Source of the DNA: Octopus sinensis
Taxonomy: Eukaryota
Assembly (NCBI RefSeq): GCF_006345805.1
Contig: NC_043010.1
Location: 36,456,001-36,520,000, forward strand
Length of the DNA stretch: 64,000 nt
Reading direction: 5' to 3'
In this document: positions 1 to 12,582 of the stretch, in pieces
How positions within the stretch are numbered: the first letter of the stretch is position 1
How the letters are laid out: each line of letters starts with the position of its first letter
Position numbers and translations under genes: made by a program
Notes under the pieces: generated by a model
Database searches by the model: none
What the model was told of the DNA's origin: nothing
What the model saw: the letters and a program-made list of their open reading frames with translations, nothing else

Positions 1-1530
1 CCACCTCGTTGTTAGCTATCGGTCTCACCAATCAAGATTTATAGGTTTGCAAAGTCTGTAATTATCACCATAAACAGGCTAACTGACGAGGTAAAAAAAA
101 AAATAAAAAAAAAAAACCAAAATGCCTTTAGGTATTTCATTAAAGTAATTCTTATGTTACAGTTTCAAATCTGACCGGAGGTTGATTCCCGCTTTCATTT
201 CGTCCGGGGGTTCGCTAAAATAATTACTACCAGCGAAGTGCTGAAGATGAAGAATAGAATATCCACCACGTATGAAGACGATATACATGTCGTAATGAGC
301 ACAGAAGAAATTGGCGAGAAATTAAAAGAAAACTAGGTAACATCATTGTACTAAAATACAACATTCGTGACAGTAGATATACGACTACAAGCAATACAGT
401 GACACTATTTCTTGACAAACATCCAAACAGAAAATAACAGACACACCACAGTTGTCTAGACCGAAGGCATATAAATAAATATATTTGCATGGAGACAGTG
501 AATGTTCACACAGTTAGAAATTGGCGGTGTTGACATCACTGTTTAAAAGAGCTTTTACATTCCCGATCAGAAAGGAAGCTCTAGATAATAAAAATCTACA
601 CAATAAAACACTCACTAATCAGCAACGGTGACATATATATATATGTTATATTATATATTATATCTTATATATATATATATTATATATATATATATTATAT
701 ATTATGTATTATATTATATATATATATATATTATATATATATATATTATATATTATATATATATTATATATTATATATATATACACATAAATGGACCAAG
801 GGTATAGCACAATATATTCTCAAATACAATACATTATATACGCCAAGCATTAAAAACCTATCAAAAGGAGATCACTATAGTGTGTATGTATATTACATGA
901 ATAAAATGCACACTAACTATAGAATAAATAAATGTATCATTAAAACTGTCATGAAACAGGAACCAGATATATTACATCTAGCTATAAACGAATACTAGTA
1001 ATATACCGCAAATGTTTTTTGCGTGTTCTTATCATTAACAAACCCAAACATGTAAGCCTGCGAACGATCTACTATCGACTAATACGATTTTCTAATTTGG
1101 TTGCAGACCAGAATGTTGTTAACTTCACGACTTCAACTGCTATATTAGCCATAAAAGTTGGACACTCTCTCCCAACGGCTTATCATGCTGTGTTGCAAGG
1201 AACAATGGAAATGTGTTGCTGCGCAGAACAAAAACCTAGTTAGGAAAAGAATAGTAACAACCTAACTAGGCAGTATACGCTCTAAAAAATCGTTTATGGT
1301 GGAATCGGTTTTTCTAACACCTAACGGAGTTAACATAAACTCACATATGAAACAGTGATCAGACACAAAAATAAACATGACAGATGAAGTAAAAATTTAA
1401 CGTTAAAAGGTTCAAATTTCATCGGTAATATCAATAGGCTCCCAGAAGGCCTGCCTCCAGGGAGCCTATTGAAGTGGCAACAATATGCACCTACATATCT
1501 TCATCAGAAGTTCGGTGCCTGAGAATTTAG

Positions 1531-1906
1531 AGCATAATTATAATTAGGGTTCAGCAAAAATTGCTTCACCACATACCGATATTTAGAAATAGCAGTTAAA
1601 TACTATTCCACTACCATAAAATATCTCGCAGGCTCCACTACCATAAGATATCTCCCAGACCGTAATACTCTCAACTCACGCAGGTATTACTGCCTGGGTG
1701 ATACCTTATGGTAGTAGAATAGTATTTAACTGTTATTTCTAAATTTCTAAATTTTAGTATGTAGTGAAGCAATTTTTGCTGAACGCTAATTATAATTATG
1801 CTTATAATTATAGAATTGTTGTATAAGATTACCGATTATGGTTCTTTTGACATACTGAACTACTTGGTAAAATGATTAATTATTAATTGATTAATTTATT
1901 TTACCC

Positions 1907-1910
<4 letters not shown>
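1531..1910 (+). mobile_element. Fold-back (inverted-duplicated) short element, probably PLE-derived; same family as 39470-40077
   Basis: Arms 1531-1619 and 1706-1802 are reverse complements, and the inner CCCAGACCGTAATAC/GTATTACTGCCTGGG also pairs. The 3' part 1700-1910 is homologous to the reverse complement of about 39478-39630 and ends in (TTA)n. Confidence 0.65.
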
Positions 1911-1980
<70 letters not shown>

Positions 1981-2877
1981 AGATAGATATATAGATAAAT
2001 AGATAGATAGCTAGATAGACAGATGGTTAGATAGGTAGATATTTATATATATAAATTGATAGATAGATATAAACTGTCTTCTCTCCGCACGCACACACAC
2101 ACACGTACACATACATGCACTATGCATCACACATCACATGTTGACCTCACCTCACAAGTTTTCTAACACGAAATACAAAAACTAATCGATCAAATTAGAA
2201 AAGCAAAACCCTACAGAAATCTTCGTCGACCACCAATTGGCCGGACAACCGTACCAAATTGTATTGACCTATGACTGGAACGTCGAAGAATTCACTTCCG
2301 CTTCGCTTCCGTTTCCTTAGACATCAGACATCAAATTGTTTCAAGTGACTAGTTTCTTAATTAAAGAAGGGATTGACGGTAGAGGAGTTCGAACGAAACC
2401 AACGTTCTGAGAAACGCTAACCAGGAAAGCAGATGTCATGTCTGATCAGTTGAGAAGTACTTGGTTAGATTAACGCCAATATACGCGCGGTGTCTTAATC
2501 TGTCAGTCTTTCTGTACGTCTGACGCGTGAACGAACCATCATCGTACAATAATACACGATAACTACGGCGATGACAACAAATACAACAATGACGACGACG
2601 ACGACGACGACAACTACAGCAAGGATGAGAGCATCAAGAATGACGTTGATGTTAGCAACAACAACAATAGAAATAATTTCAAAGGGTATTTTAAGGAGGA
2701 TGGAAATAGTCGATCGCATAAATCCCAGGATGCAACTTGTAGTTATTACATCCACCTCGAAAGGAGGGAAGGAAAAAGTTGATCTCGGCGGAATTTGAAC
2801 TCAGAAGGTAAATATGGAAAGAATACCGGCAGGCATTTTTCTGCGGCGTGCTAACGATTCTGCCACGACAACCGCAT

Positions 2878-2891
2878 TAATAATAATAATG

Positions 2892-2939
<48 letters not shown>

Positions 2940-3006
2940 TAATAAATAATAATAATAATATTAATAATAATTATAATAATGATAATAATAAAATAATAAT
3001 AGAGTA

Positions 3007-3063
<57 letters not shown>

Positions 3064-3064
3064 C

Positions 3065-3102
<38 letters not shown>

Positions 3103-3121
3103 CATCATAATAATAATAATA

Positions 3122-3155
<34 letters not shown>
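2878..3155. repeat. (AAT)n microsatellite
   Basis: Direct reading; explains the poly-Y/I/L pseudo-ORFs. Confidence 0.97.
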
Positions 3156-3157
<2 letters not shown>

Positions 3158-3751
3158 ACACAAACCACCTCTAGTGCTTGAAAATGATCACATCTCACTC
3201 CTCTGGAACTTCACCATTCAAACTGACAGAAAGATAGATGCAAATAGGTCAGACATTATATTGAAAGACTTCAGACAAAGAACATACCGCTTCGTTGATA
3301 TGACTGTCCCAATCGATATAAACGTATCTGTCAAGATCTACCAAAAACTGAACAAATATAAAGATCTTGAAATAGAAATCAGCAAAATGTGGAACCTGAA
3401 GGCTAAAACAATACCTGTTGTCATAGGTGCCCTGGGAATGATAGCAAAAGGGGCTGATTGCTATCTAACTCAGATACCAGGAAACCCCAAAATGGCAGAA
3501 ATTCAAAAGATAGTGCTCATGGGAACTGCTCATATCCTACGCAAAATACTTTCTATGTAATCTCAAGTTTTAAAACAAACATAATTTTCGTATGATTTTT
3601 TAAACATTCACTAGTACAACACTAAATATAAAACCAAATATATGGCACACTAGACATAACAACAACATGAACTTCCAGCCTGTTGTCTCTTGAGGTCTCT
3701 GGGTGAGACTTGGAGCCAACTTGTACAAATGTAAAGCAAAAGTCAAACATA

Positions 3752-3753
<2 letters not shown>
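3156..3753 (+). mobile_element. 5'-truncated R4/Dong-clade non-LTR retrotransposon (restriction-like endonuclease C-terminus plus 3' UTR) inserted in (AAT)n
   Basis: ORF 3174-3560 has WNFTIQTDRKIDANRSDII...VDMTVP...KLNKYKDL...PVVIGALG, the RLE PD-(D/E)xK region of R4/Dong elements. Flanked by (AAT)n on both sides, matching the known TAA-repeat target of Dong. Confidence 0.88.
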
Positions 3754-3833
<80 letters not shown>

Positions 3834-4829
3834 AATTCATTTAATTTTAATAAAAAAGAATGAGAAAAACAACACCAAAAAAACAGCAACAATATAAATG
3901 AATTCCAACTCGTTTTAAGTGGTTCTAAATTTAATTTTGAATAAAGTGTGTGAGAAGTTACCATTGAGATTCTTAAGGGGCAAAAATTTTTGTAAATGAC
4001 TTCGTGGAACCGGAAGCGAATGTCTAACAAATGTTTCCTGTTTCGAGTAATATCATCGTGCATATATTTTATTTTATATATTTTCGCCCTTTCTTACTTT
4101 TTTTTTTATTTCAAAGCAATTGAGCGAAGTGGAGGTAAGCGCCAACTTAAATGCTCTAAGTTCACTTCTCATTAAAATAGGTCAGTATTATAATGTAGAG
4201 TACCATTGAAAGGACATCAACCGTGTTTTGTTATTGTTGTTTGTATGTTTGTTTGTCTCTTTGCTGTTGTTGTTGTTGTTGTTGCTGTTGTCACAGTTTA
4301 TGATATTATCATTATTGTTGATTACCTTCAGGCCAACTCTGCTCGAAAAGCATTCCATTCAGGACATAGCCAACTCGTAATTTTAAGGGATATGTGGGAC
4401 TTTATTACCTCTTGTGATCACTTCTTATCTAAGATGGTACGATGTGATTTTGAGGGTAATATGACTGCCATTTCTCATAAGCAGACAGACTACGTGAAAT
4501 CCGCCATAACGTTCTTAACGACGTTAGTGTCATGGGTTAAAGGTTAATAACCGATATCATATTAACGGTAAGGAACGACGCTATGCTGTGACTTTCTCTA
4601 AGATATAAAACACTTAATGGTTCCGCTCACCTATAGCTGCGAATTAACTACCCACCACAATGGTACTTAAAAGATGTAATTAAGAGACTGCAAAATATAT
4701 CCCTTGATTCATAGAGTTTTGTTAAGTCTTAGCTCATATCCTACTCATTATTCCTGTGAGAACGAGCCGAATATGAGATGAAGAATGACTAAAACGAAAC
4801 GGGAGTTTTTTCTTACGTATTTCATTTCC

Positions 4830-5250
4830 AATATAGATAAAAGGCTTGAAATTTGTGGGGAGGGGGTCTACTCGATTACATCGACCCCAGTGCGTAACTG
4901 GTACTTTATTTATCGACCCCGAAAAGATGAAAGGCGAAGTCGACCTCGGCGGAATTTGAACTCAGAGCGTAAAGGTGGATGAAATGCCGCTTAAGAATTT
5001 TCGTTTGGTATGCTATCGATTCAGCCAGCTCGCCGTCTTAATAATAATAACAGTAATGATCCTTTCTACTATAGGTACAAGGCCTGGAATTTGTGGGGTG
5101 GGGGGAGAGTCGATTACAGCGATCCAGTACTTGAAAGAATGAAAGGCAAACTCGACCTCGGGGGAATTTGAACTCAGAAAGTAACGGCAGACGAAATACC
5201 ACTAAGCATTTCGCCCGGCGCGTTAACGTTTCTACCAGCACGCCGCCTTA
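4830..5250 (-). mobile_element. Two adjacent tRNA-derived SINE family A copies
   Basis: Reverse complement of the family core GAGTTCAAATTCCGCCGAGGTCGACTTTGCCTTTCATCCTTTCGGGGTCGATAAA with the GGCGAGCTGGCAGAA head. Confidence 0.85.
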
Positions 5251-5312
5251 ATAATAATAATAATAATATAATAATAATAATAAAATAATAATAATAATAT
5301 AATAATAATAAT

Positions 5313-5343
<31 letters not shown>

Positions 5344-5523
5344 TAATAATAATAATAATAATATAATATAATGATAATGATGATGATGATGATGATGATA
5401 ACAATAACAATAACAACAGCAGCAGCAGCAGCAGTAGCAACAACAACAACAGCAGCAGCAGCAACAACAATAATAATAATAACGTATTTATTAGTCATAA
5501 TGCCCCATTATATATATATATAA

Positions 5524-5561
<38 letters not shown>

Positions 5562-6256
5562 AACACTAAAACTTTGGTGGGTTACATAAACGTAGAGACG
5601 TAGAAGATAAGTTTCTGTAAACACAAAATGGTTGCAATCATATCCTTACTCAATAGTCATTAAAAAATTGGTATTTGATTATATAAAAAAATACATAAAA
5701 ATAAGCAAGATAAGAAAGAAAACACAAATCAAATTATCCAACCATCCAAGGAATGCAACTCACCAGTTAAACTGGGTTCGAAGATTTCCCGACTCTGCTC
5801 ACCTGCCACTCGTTATACTAACATCCAGTAAATACAAAGGCACATGTAAGAACGCTTGCATTGGTCGTAAAAATTTATTACCGTAGTTTTTCACAACCAG
5901 CTTGAAGTTTATCTGTCTTCTGTATATAAGCCATTTTTCTTTCACCTCATACAACACAGCTTAATCTTCATCGGTTTTACAGGGGCTCAGTAGCGAGCTG
6001 TGGGAAATGCGCATTAATCTCAGGATCGTGAGATTAATGTAAGGATCAATGGAGAAGTTATACTAAGACGAACACGACAAAGAGTGTTTTCTGTTTTCGA
6101 TGCATCCAATTCAAGATGGAAGGTGAAATGCTGGACAGAAGAGAGAATCACAACAAGAATTATCAAACAGATACAAACTAGGCTAAAATTGGGGCTATAT
6201 AAGGTGACGCTGAAATAATGATCAGAGAAGTTCCTGCATAGAAAATATCTGAAAAA

Positions 6257-7412
6257 GGCGACAAGCTGGCAGAAACGTTAGCACGCCGAGCGAAGTGCAT
6301 AGCGGTATTTCGTCTGCCGCTGAATTCTGAGCTCAAATTCTGCCGAGGTTGACTTTGCCTTTCATCCTTTTGGGGTCGATAAATTAAGTACCAGTTACGC
6401 ACTGGGGTCGATGTAATCGACTTAATCTAATCCTTTCTCTCTGTCCTTGTTTGTCCCCTCTGTTTTTTAGCCCCCTATGGTAGTAAAGAAATAGATATTT
6501 CGTCTGCCACTACGTTCTGAGTTCAAATTCCGCCGAGGTCGACTTTGCCTTTCATCCTTTTGGGGTCGATAAATTAAGTACCAGTTACGCACTGATGTTG
6601 ATGTAATCGACTTAATCCCTTTGTCTGTCCTTGTTTGTCCCCTCTGTGTTTAGCCCCCTGTGGGTAGTAAAGAAATAGATATTTCGTCTGCCACTACGTT
6701 CTGAGTTCAAATTCCGCCGAGGTCGACTTTGCCTTTCATCCTTTTGGGGTCGATAAATTAAGTACCAGTTACGCACTGATGTTGATGTAATCGACTTAAT
6801 CCCTTTCTCTGTCCTTGTTTGTCCCCTCTGTGTTTAGCCCCTTGTGGGTAGTAAAGAAATAGGTATTTCGTCTGCCACTACGTTCTGAGTTCAAATTCCG
6901 CCGAGGTCGACTTTGCCTTTCATCCTTTTGGGGTCGATAAATTAAGTACCAGTTACGCACTGGGGTCGATGTAATCGACTTAATCCCTTTCTCTGTCCTT
7001 GTTTGTTCCCTCTGTGTTTAGCCCCTTGTGGTAGTAAAGAAATAGGTATTTCGTCCGCCACTACGTTCTGAGTTCAAATTCCGCCGAGGTCGACTTTGCC
7101 TTTCATTCTTTTGGGGTCGATAAATTAAGTACCAGTTACGCACTGGGGTCGATGTAATCGACTTAATCCCTTTCTCTGTCCTTGTTTGTCCCCTCTGTGT
7201 TTAGCCCCTTGTGGGTAGTAAAGAAATAGATATTTCGTCTGCCACTACGTTCTGAGTTCAAATTCCGCCGAGGTCGACTTTGCCTTTCATCCTTTCAGGG
7301 TCGATAAATTAAGTACCAGTTACGCACTGGGGTCGATGTAATCGACTTAATCCCTTTCTCTGTCCTTGTTTGTCCCCTCTGTGTTTAGCCCCTTATGGGC
7401 AATAAAGAATTA
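6257..7412 (+). mobile_element. SINE family A multimer: one tRNA-like head plus six ~184-bp bodies
   Basis: Units start at 6306, 6496, 6680, 6864, 7047 and 7231. A-box-like TGGCAGAAACGTT and B-box GAGTTCAAAT. Flanking duplication AGAAAATATCT(G/A)AAAAA at 6240-6256 and 7413-7429. Confidence 0.93.
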
Positions 7413-7439
7413 AGAAAATATCTAAAAAAATATATATAT

Positions 7440-7750
7440 ATACTGAACAAGTTGAAAATAAACGAAGACAATTTGCTACATTGGCATATTGGGGAAGAGA
7501 TCGTTGGATTCTTAATTGCGCTGCAAGATCAAACAATCTCCCGCAGAAAACATCAGAGCCACATAATTGAACAGAATACATTAAATAATTGTTGGGAATA
7601 TGGAAGTTAGCCAGAAACTATTTGCCATATTGTCTCTGGCTGTTCGGCCTTAGATCGCCTACGCATAATTAATAATATCTACAGGTAGGACAAAGCTGGG
7701 TTCTTTCATATACTGGAGGTTATATTAGCATCATGAAATACCAATGGACA
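7440..7750 (+). pseudogene. Decayed R4/Dong-type LINE fragment (post-RT and CCHC region)
   Basis: Translates across stops and frameshifts to GFLIALQDQTIS...ETICHIVSGCSAL...HN, typical of RLE-clade elements. Confidence 0.7.
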
Positions 7751-8070
7751 AAAAAAATAGTATCAATTTAGTACCAATTAAATGTGTTACGAGGTCGACC
7801 AAGCCGCCATTTTCTTTTACCTTGGTATATGCTAATCCAGGCAGGCTGGAAAATCAAAGCTAACTAATCTGATATAGTCGTGAATGACTAACTGGAAGAA
7901 TAAAAGAGAATAATTATAAATGCCGACAAATCGAAGTATTAATCCCGAGGACACAAATAATGCATGCCTCAAAGAGATGGACGAATTATCCAAATGTAAA
8001 TTATAGCAACTAAGATGCTTTGTTTAGTTTTAAAAATAAACGATGAAAGAAAATTCTCAAACCAAGATAA

Positions 8071-8118
<48 letters not shown>

Positions 8119-8253
8119 TATATATATTATATATATTATAGATATATATACCGGAGTAAACACATAAATGTGAAACAAGGTGGAAAAAAGAGTACTCAAA
8201 TACCAGTGGTAAAGTAATATGCTTTATTTAAAGCAGCAGAAAAATCAACAAAA

Positions 8254-8295
8254 TCTGTTACTCTGAGTTTCTCGTTCCGTTCATCATAGTTTTTG
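8254..8295 (-). ncRNA. Degenerate minimal hammerhead ribozyme in a short TA-embedded element (about 8150-8300)
   Basis: Minus strand reads aUGAUGA acg-gaa-cga GAAA cucagag UA acag; C3 and stem I are damaged. Confidence 0.5.
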
Positions 8296-8300
8296 CTAGA

Positions 8301-8333
<33 letters not shown>

Positions 8334-8353
8334 ATAATATATTATATATATAT

Positions 8354-8400
<47 letters not shown>

Positions 8401-8694
8401 CATACATACATACATATAATATATATATATATATGCATACATACAATACATACATACTACATACATACATACATAAATGTGTGTGTATTCTCGAGCAAGA
8501 CACTTTAATACATGCTGCTGCTGCTGGTGCTAGTGCTGCTTCTAGGGGTGGACCCTAACTAAAAGCACATAGAAAATAAGAAACCTACCCACAGTACGAT
8601 TAGTCAATGCAGACCAACGGAAACCCAAACCACTTCTGTATCGCTACAAGAAGCCACGAATAATCAAACACCGTGAGAAAACAACAGCAGCAGC

Positions 8695-8727
<33 letters not shown>

Positions 8728-8761
8728 AACAATAACGATACTAATACTACTACTACTACTA

Positions 8762-8829
<68 letters not shown>

Positions 8830-9108
8830 TGATCTTGCCAAATACAAGCAATAAGTTCTTTGCATAGAATCAAACACTAATATCAAATACGTCAAATAAC
8901 CTATTTAACTCAGTCACTATGGTAGTATCGAGAGAAACTGTGTTTTGAGTCCGATAGCGTAAAATCAACTTCTCTTCCTACGCAAATAGCAACATAAAGC
9001 CAGAAAGAAAAATTGAAAGAAATTATTCACAAAAGGAGAAATACTTATCATTACTTAGTGAAATAAAACGGAAGTTATCTAATGTTAAGAAGGCAAACAC
9101 ACACGGAT

Positions 9109-9158
9109 GTATGTATGTATGTATGTATTATGTATGTATGTATTATGTATGTATGTAT

Positions 9159-9199
<41 letters not shown>

Positions 9200-9200
9200 A

Positions 9201-9242
<42 letters not shown>

Positions 9243-9599
9243 ATATATATATATATATATATATTTATCTATCTATCTATCTATCTATCTATCAATCTAC
9301 CAATCTATCTATCTATCTATGTATCTATCTATCCATCCATCTATCTATCTATCTATCTATCTATCGATCTATCTATCTATCTATCTATCTGCCTATCTAT
9401 CTATCTGTCTATATATATGTAGTATTAAGGTTTGACGAAAAGAAGTGTTGCTGTGTGGATGCGAAAAAAACTTGTGCAACTGATTGGGCAAAAAAACATT
9501 CCTGATAAAATATTTTGGAAAAATGCAATGTATGGGGAATGTATACCATCGTTACGTATATATATATATATATATTATATATATATATATCTATATATA

Positions 9600-9634
<35 letters not shown>

Positions 9635-10068
9635 CATATATATACATACATACATATATAATAGGTATATATATAATATATATATATATATATACATACA
9701 TACATACATAAATACACACAAACACAAACACACAATATATATATGTTGGTGTGTGTATGTATGTATACATATGCATGTAATTATATATATTATATATCGA
9801 TGTGAAATATAATAATGAAACGAAGGATGGATTATCGCCCCACTAACAGACAAATTCAATCACATTGCGAGAACATATCGAATGAAAAATATTGAATCTC
9901 ACAAACGCACAAAAGATGTTGCATGAATAAGAAAGGAGACAAGGGATATTATTACGTACGTATGTGTTTGTGTGTATATATGTATATATATACTATATAT
10001 TATATATATATATATTATAGATATATACATACATACATATTATATATATGCATATATATTATATATAG

Positions 10069-10116
<48 letters not shown>

Positions 10117-10144
10117 ATATATATGTATATACGTGTATATATGT

Positions 10145-10185
<41 letters not shown>

Positions 10186-10240
10186 CATATATATATACGC
10201 GCACACACACACACGTATACATGCACTTACATATATAAGA
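9109..10240. repeat. Compound (TATG)n/(TCTA)n/(TA)n/(CA)n microsatellites
   Basis: Direct reading. Confidence 0.95.
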
Positions 10241-10891
10241 AGGAAGCTATCATACTAACATCATAACAACGGCCTAGCAGAATAAGAAGCAAAAAAAGAA
10301 AAAAGAAGCTAGAACCAAAGACAAAAGAAGAAAATCTGATGGAGAATCTACCCACGTGATCAAGACGGCTTGCAACTCACTAAAAACCTCTCTGGAATTG
10401 ATAAAATCTCAAATGTGCGCAGATTCGTAGATGTAAATGGAAGTCGTTGCTAAATCGAACAGTTATTGAAGATAGAAATAACACAAAATCTAAGCGTGGT
10501 ATGGAATTGATTACCAAAGAAAAATTCTTTGATAGCTTAGCATACTTTACTTATACACATATCACAAAAACCTTGTGCATGTACAAAGGAATCGCCAGTG
10601 CAAAGATACTGCGTCAACTACGCCATGCCAAAGAAAGGAAAATATACATCAATATTATAGGCACAGGCGGGGCTGCTTGATAAGAAGTTCGCTTTCCCAT
10701 CACATGGTTCCGGGTTGAGTCTCACTGCGTGGCACCCTGGGTAAGTGCCTTCTATTATTTCCTTCGGGCTGACCGAAAGCCGCGTGAGTGGATTTGGTAA
10801 ACGGAAACTGAAAAAAGTTCGTCGTATATATATAGTTCAGTTACGGAAAGCAAAATACGAAGACAGGTGAAGGAACAACAAGCAGGTGTGT

Positions 10892-10930
<39 letters not shown>

Positions 10931-10932
<2 letters not shown>

Positions 10933-12121
10933 GGGTGCGTAAGGTATCTGAGGACATACCTTTTTTGGGTCATTTTTGCATATTTTGCCTACCCTGTATA
11001 ATCTTTGTTTCAGAAAATGATAATAGCGGACCCTCAGTTTATTCAGGAAATGGAGAGGCATGCTGTTATTGTGTTTATAATGGTTGAGCATAGCAATTTA
11101 GAAATATTGCGATTTTTAATAGTTGCCAGATCTTTCATCTACAAAGTTTGTAAGGAGCTAGAGACTGAAGATGGAAACGTATCATCAGTATCAAAGCATA
11201 AAAAGCATTCTAAGCGCTCTTAAATCATCAGAACACCTGAATTTATCCAGCAAGTTCAACAGATCATTGATTACAATCCCAGAAAGTCCATGAGGTCAAT
11301 TGCACAAGATCTCCATGTGTTGAAAGGAACAGTTAGAAATGTTGTCCACGAAGACATCAGATATAAGGCTAAATGAGGAAAGGTCAGTTTGTCTGAAAAA
11401 ACAAAAGAAAATCACTACATCAGATCTAAAAGGCTCTTAAACAAACTGAAAGATCCAGCAGAAGATTTGGTTTGGTTTTTCTTAAACGAGAACTTCAGAA
11501 GTTCCAAGTGTTATGCATACAAAATTTCCTGCAACTGTCATGGTTTTAGGGGTCGTCAGCAATGAAGGAGATGTGATGCCTCCTTAATTCTTTCCACAAG
11601 GCCTTAGAGTTAATTCTGCCGCCAACATTGAGATCCTGGAAATAATTTTTAAGCCCTGGATAGACAGTCTATGCAATGGAAAGCCATATGTGTTTCAGTA
11701 AGACTCTGCACTATCACACATAGCTCTAGCAACACGGGAATGGATGGCTGAAAATTTTCATGATCACATAGCCCCTAAAATTTGGCCTCCTAATTCCCCT
11801 GATCTCAATCAATCCATTGGACTATTACATGTGGAGCGTTGTTGAGAGAGAGGCCAATGATCACGCCCATAACACCAAAGATTCTTTGAACCAGACAATG
11901 ATCAGAGTAATGTCCAAAATGAACTAGGATCACTTGATTCAAGCATGTAGATGATTTAGATCTCATATAGAAGCAGTTGTTGAAGCTATATTGAATAACA
12001 TTCTAGAAATGAAGGTTTATTTTTATCCTCATAGCATTTTTTTATAAATAAAGTTATCTGTTATGGTAAACCTCTTATTTTTATAAACATAAATTTGTCC
12101 TCAAATACCTTACGCACCCTG
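10931..12121 (+). mobile_element. maT (DD37D) Tc1/mariner-superfamily DNA transposon, both ends intact but transposase pseudogenised
   Basis: 26-bp TIRs CAGGGTGCGTAAGGTATCTGAGGACA / TGTCCTCAAATACCTTACGCACCCTG, with TA on the left. Transposase remnants VMVLGVVSNEG, YVFQ*DSA, WPPNSPDLN(fs)PLDY give D-37-D spacing once a 4-nt duplication is removed. Confidence 0.92.
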
Positions 12122-12125
12122 GTTA

Positions 12126-12166
<41 letters not shown>

Positions 12167-12184
12167 ATAGTAGAATGATTATGA

Positions 12185-12582
12185 GAAAGTTCTTGGTACA
12201 GTATTATATATATTTGAAAGAATGAGTAGAGATGGTTTTTTTGAGGGGATAATTTTAATTTTAATCTTAATAATAATGTTTACAATGAGTTACTCAGATA
12301 TGAGATTCAAGCTTCCCGTAGCCGTTAACCTTGAAACTCATATCACACAGTAACTCACTGTAAAATTATTATTAAGATTAAAATTAAAATTATCCCCTTT
12401 AAAAAGCCATATCTACTCATTCTTTCAAATATATATAATACTATACCAAGAACTTTCGTCCCTTTCTGTAGAAGAGCGTAGGCTCGAAACGTAAAAAAGT
12501 TTTTCTATTTCTGTTTGTTTTTCTATTTCTGTTTGTTCTGTACACCGCCTGTCTTTTGTTTTTTTTTTCGTAAACTCTCCCT
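12185..12582 (+). mobile_element. Fold-back PLE-like short element with a hammerhead-like motif
   Basis: 12185-12310 pairs with about 12330-12457. This is followed by CUGUAGAA gagc-guag-gcuc GAAA cg UA at 12466-12493, a T-rich tail and (TA)n. Confidence 0.65.

Noticed and set aside
1410-1512. Minus-strand CUGAUGA...hairpin...GAAA as an HHR
   Set aside because: A 13-bp hairpin exists (1431-1472), but no UH site or stem I partner is in register.
6306-7412. CRISPR-like or retrozyme array
   Set aside because: No unique spacers and no hammerhead core on either strand of the unit; the units are SINE bodies.
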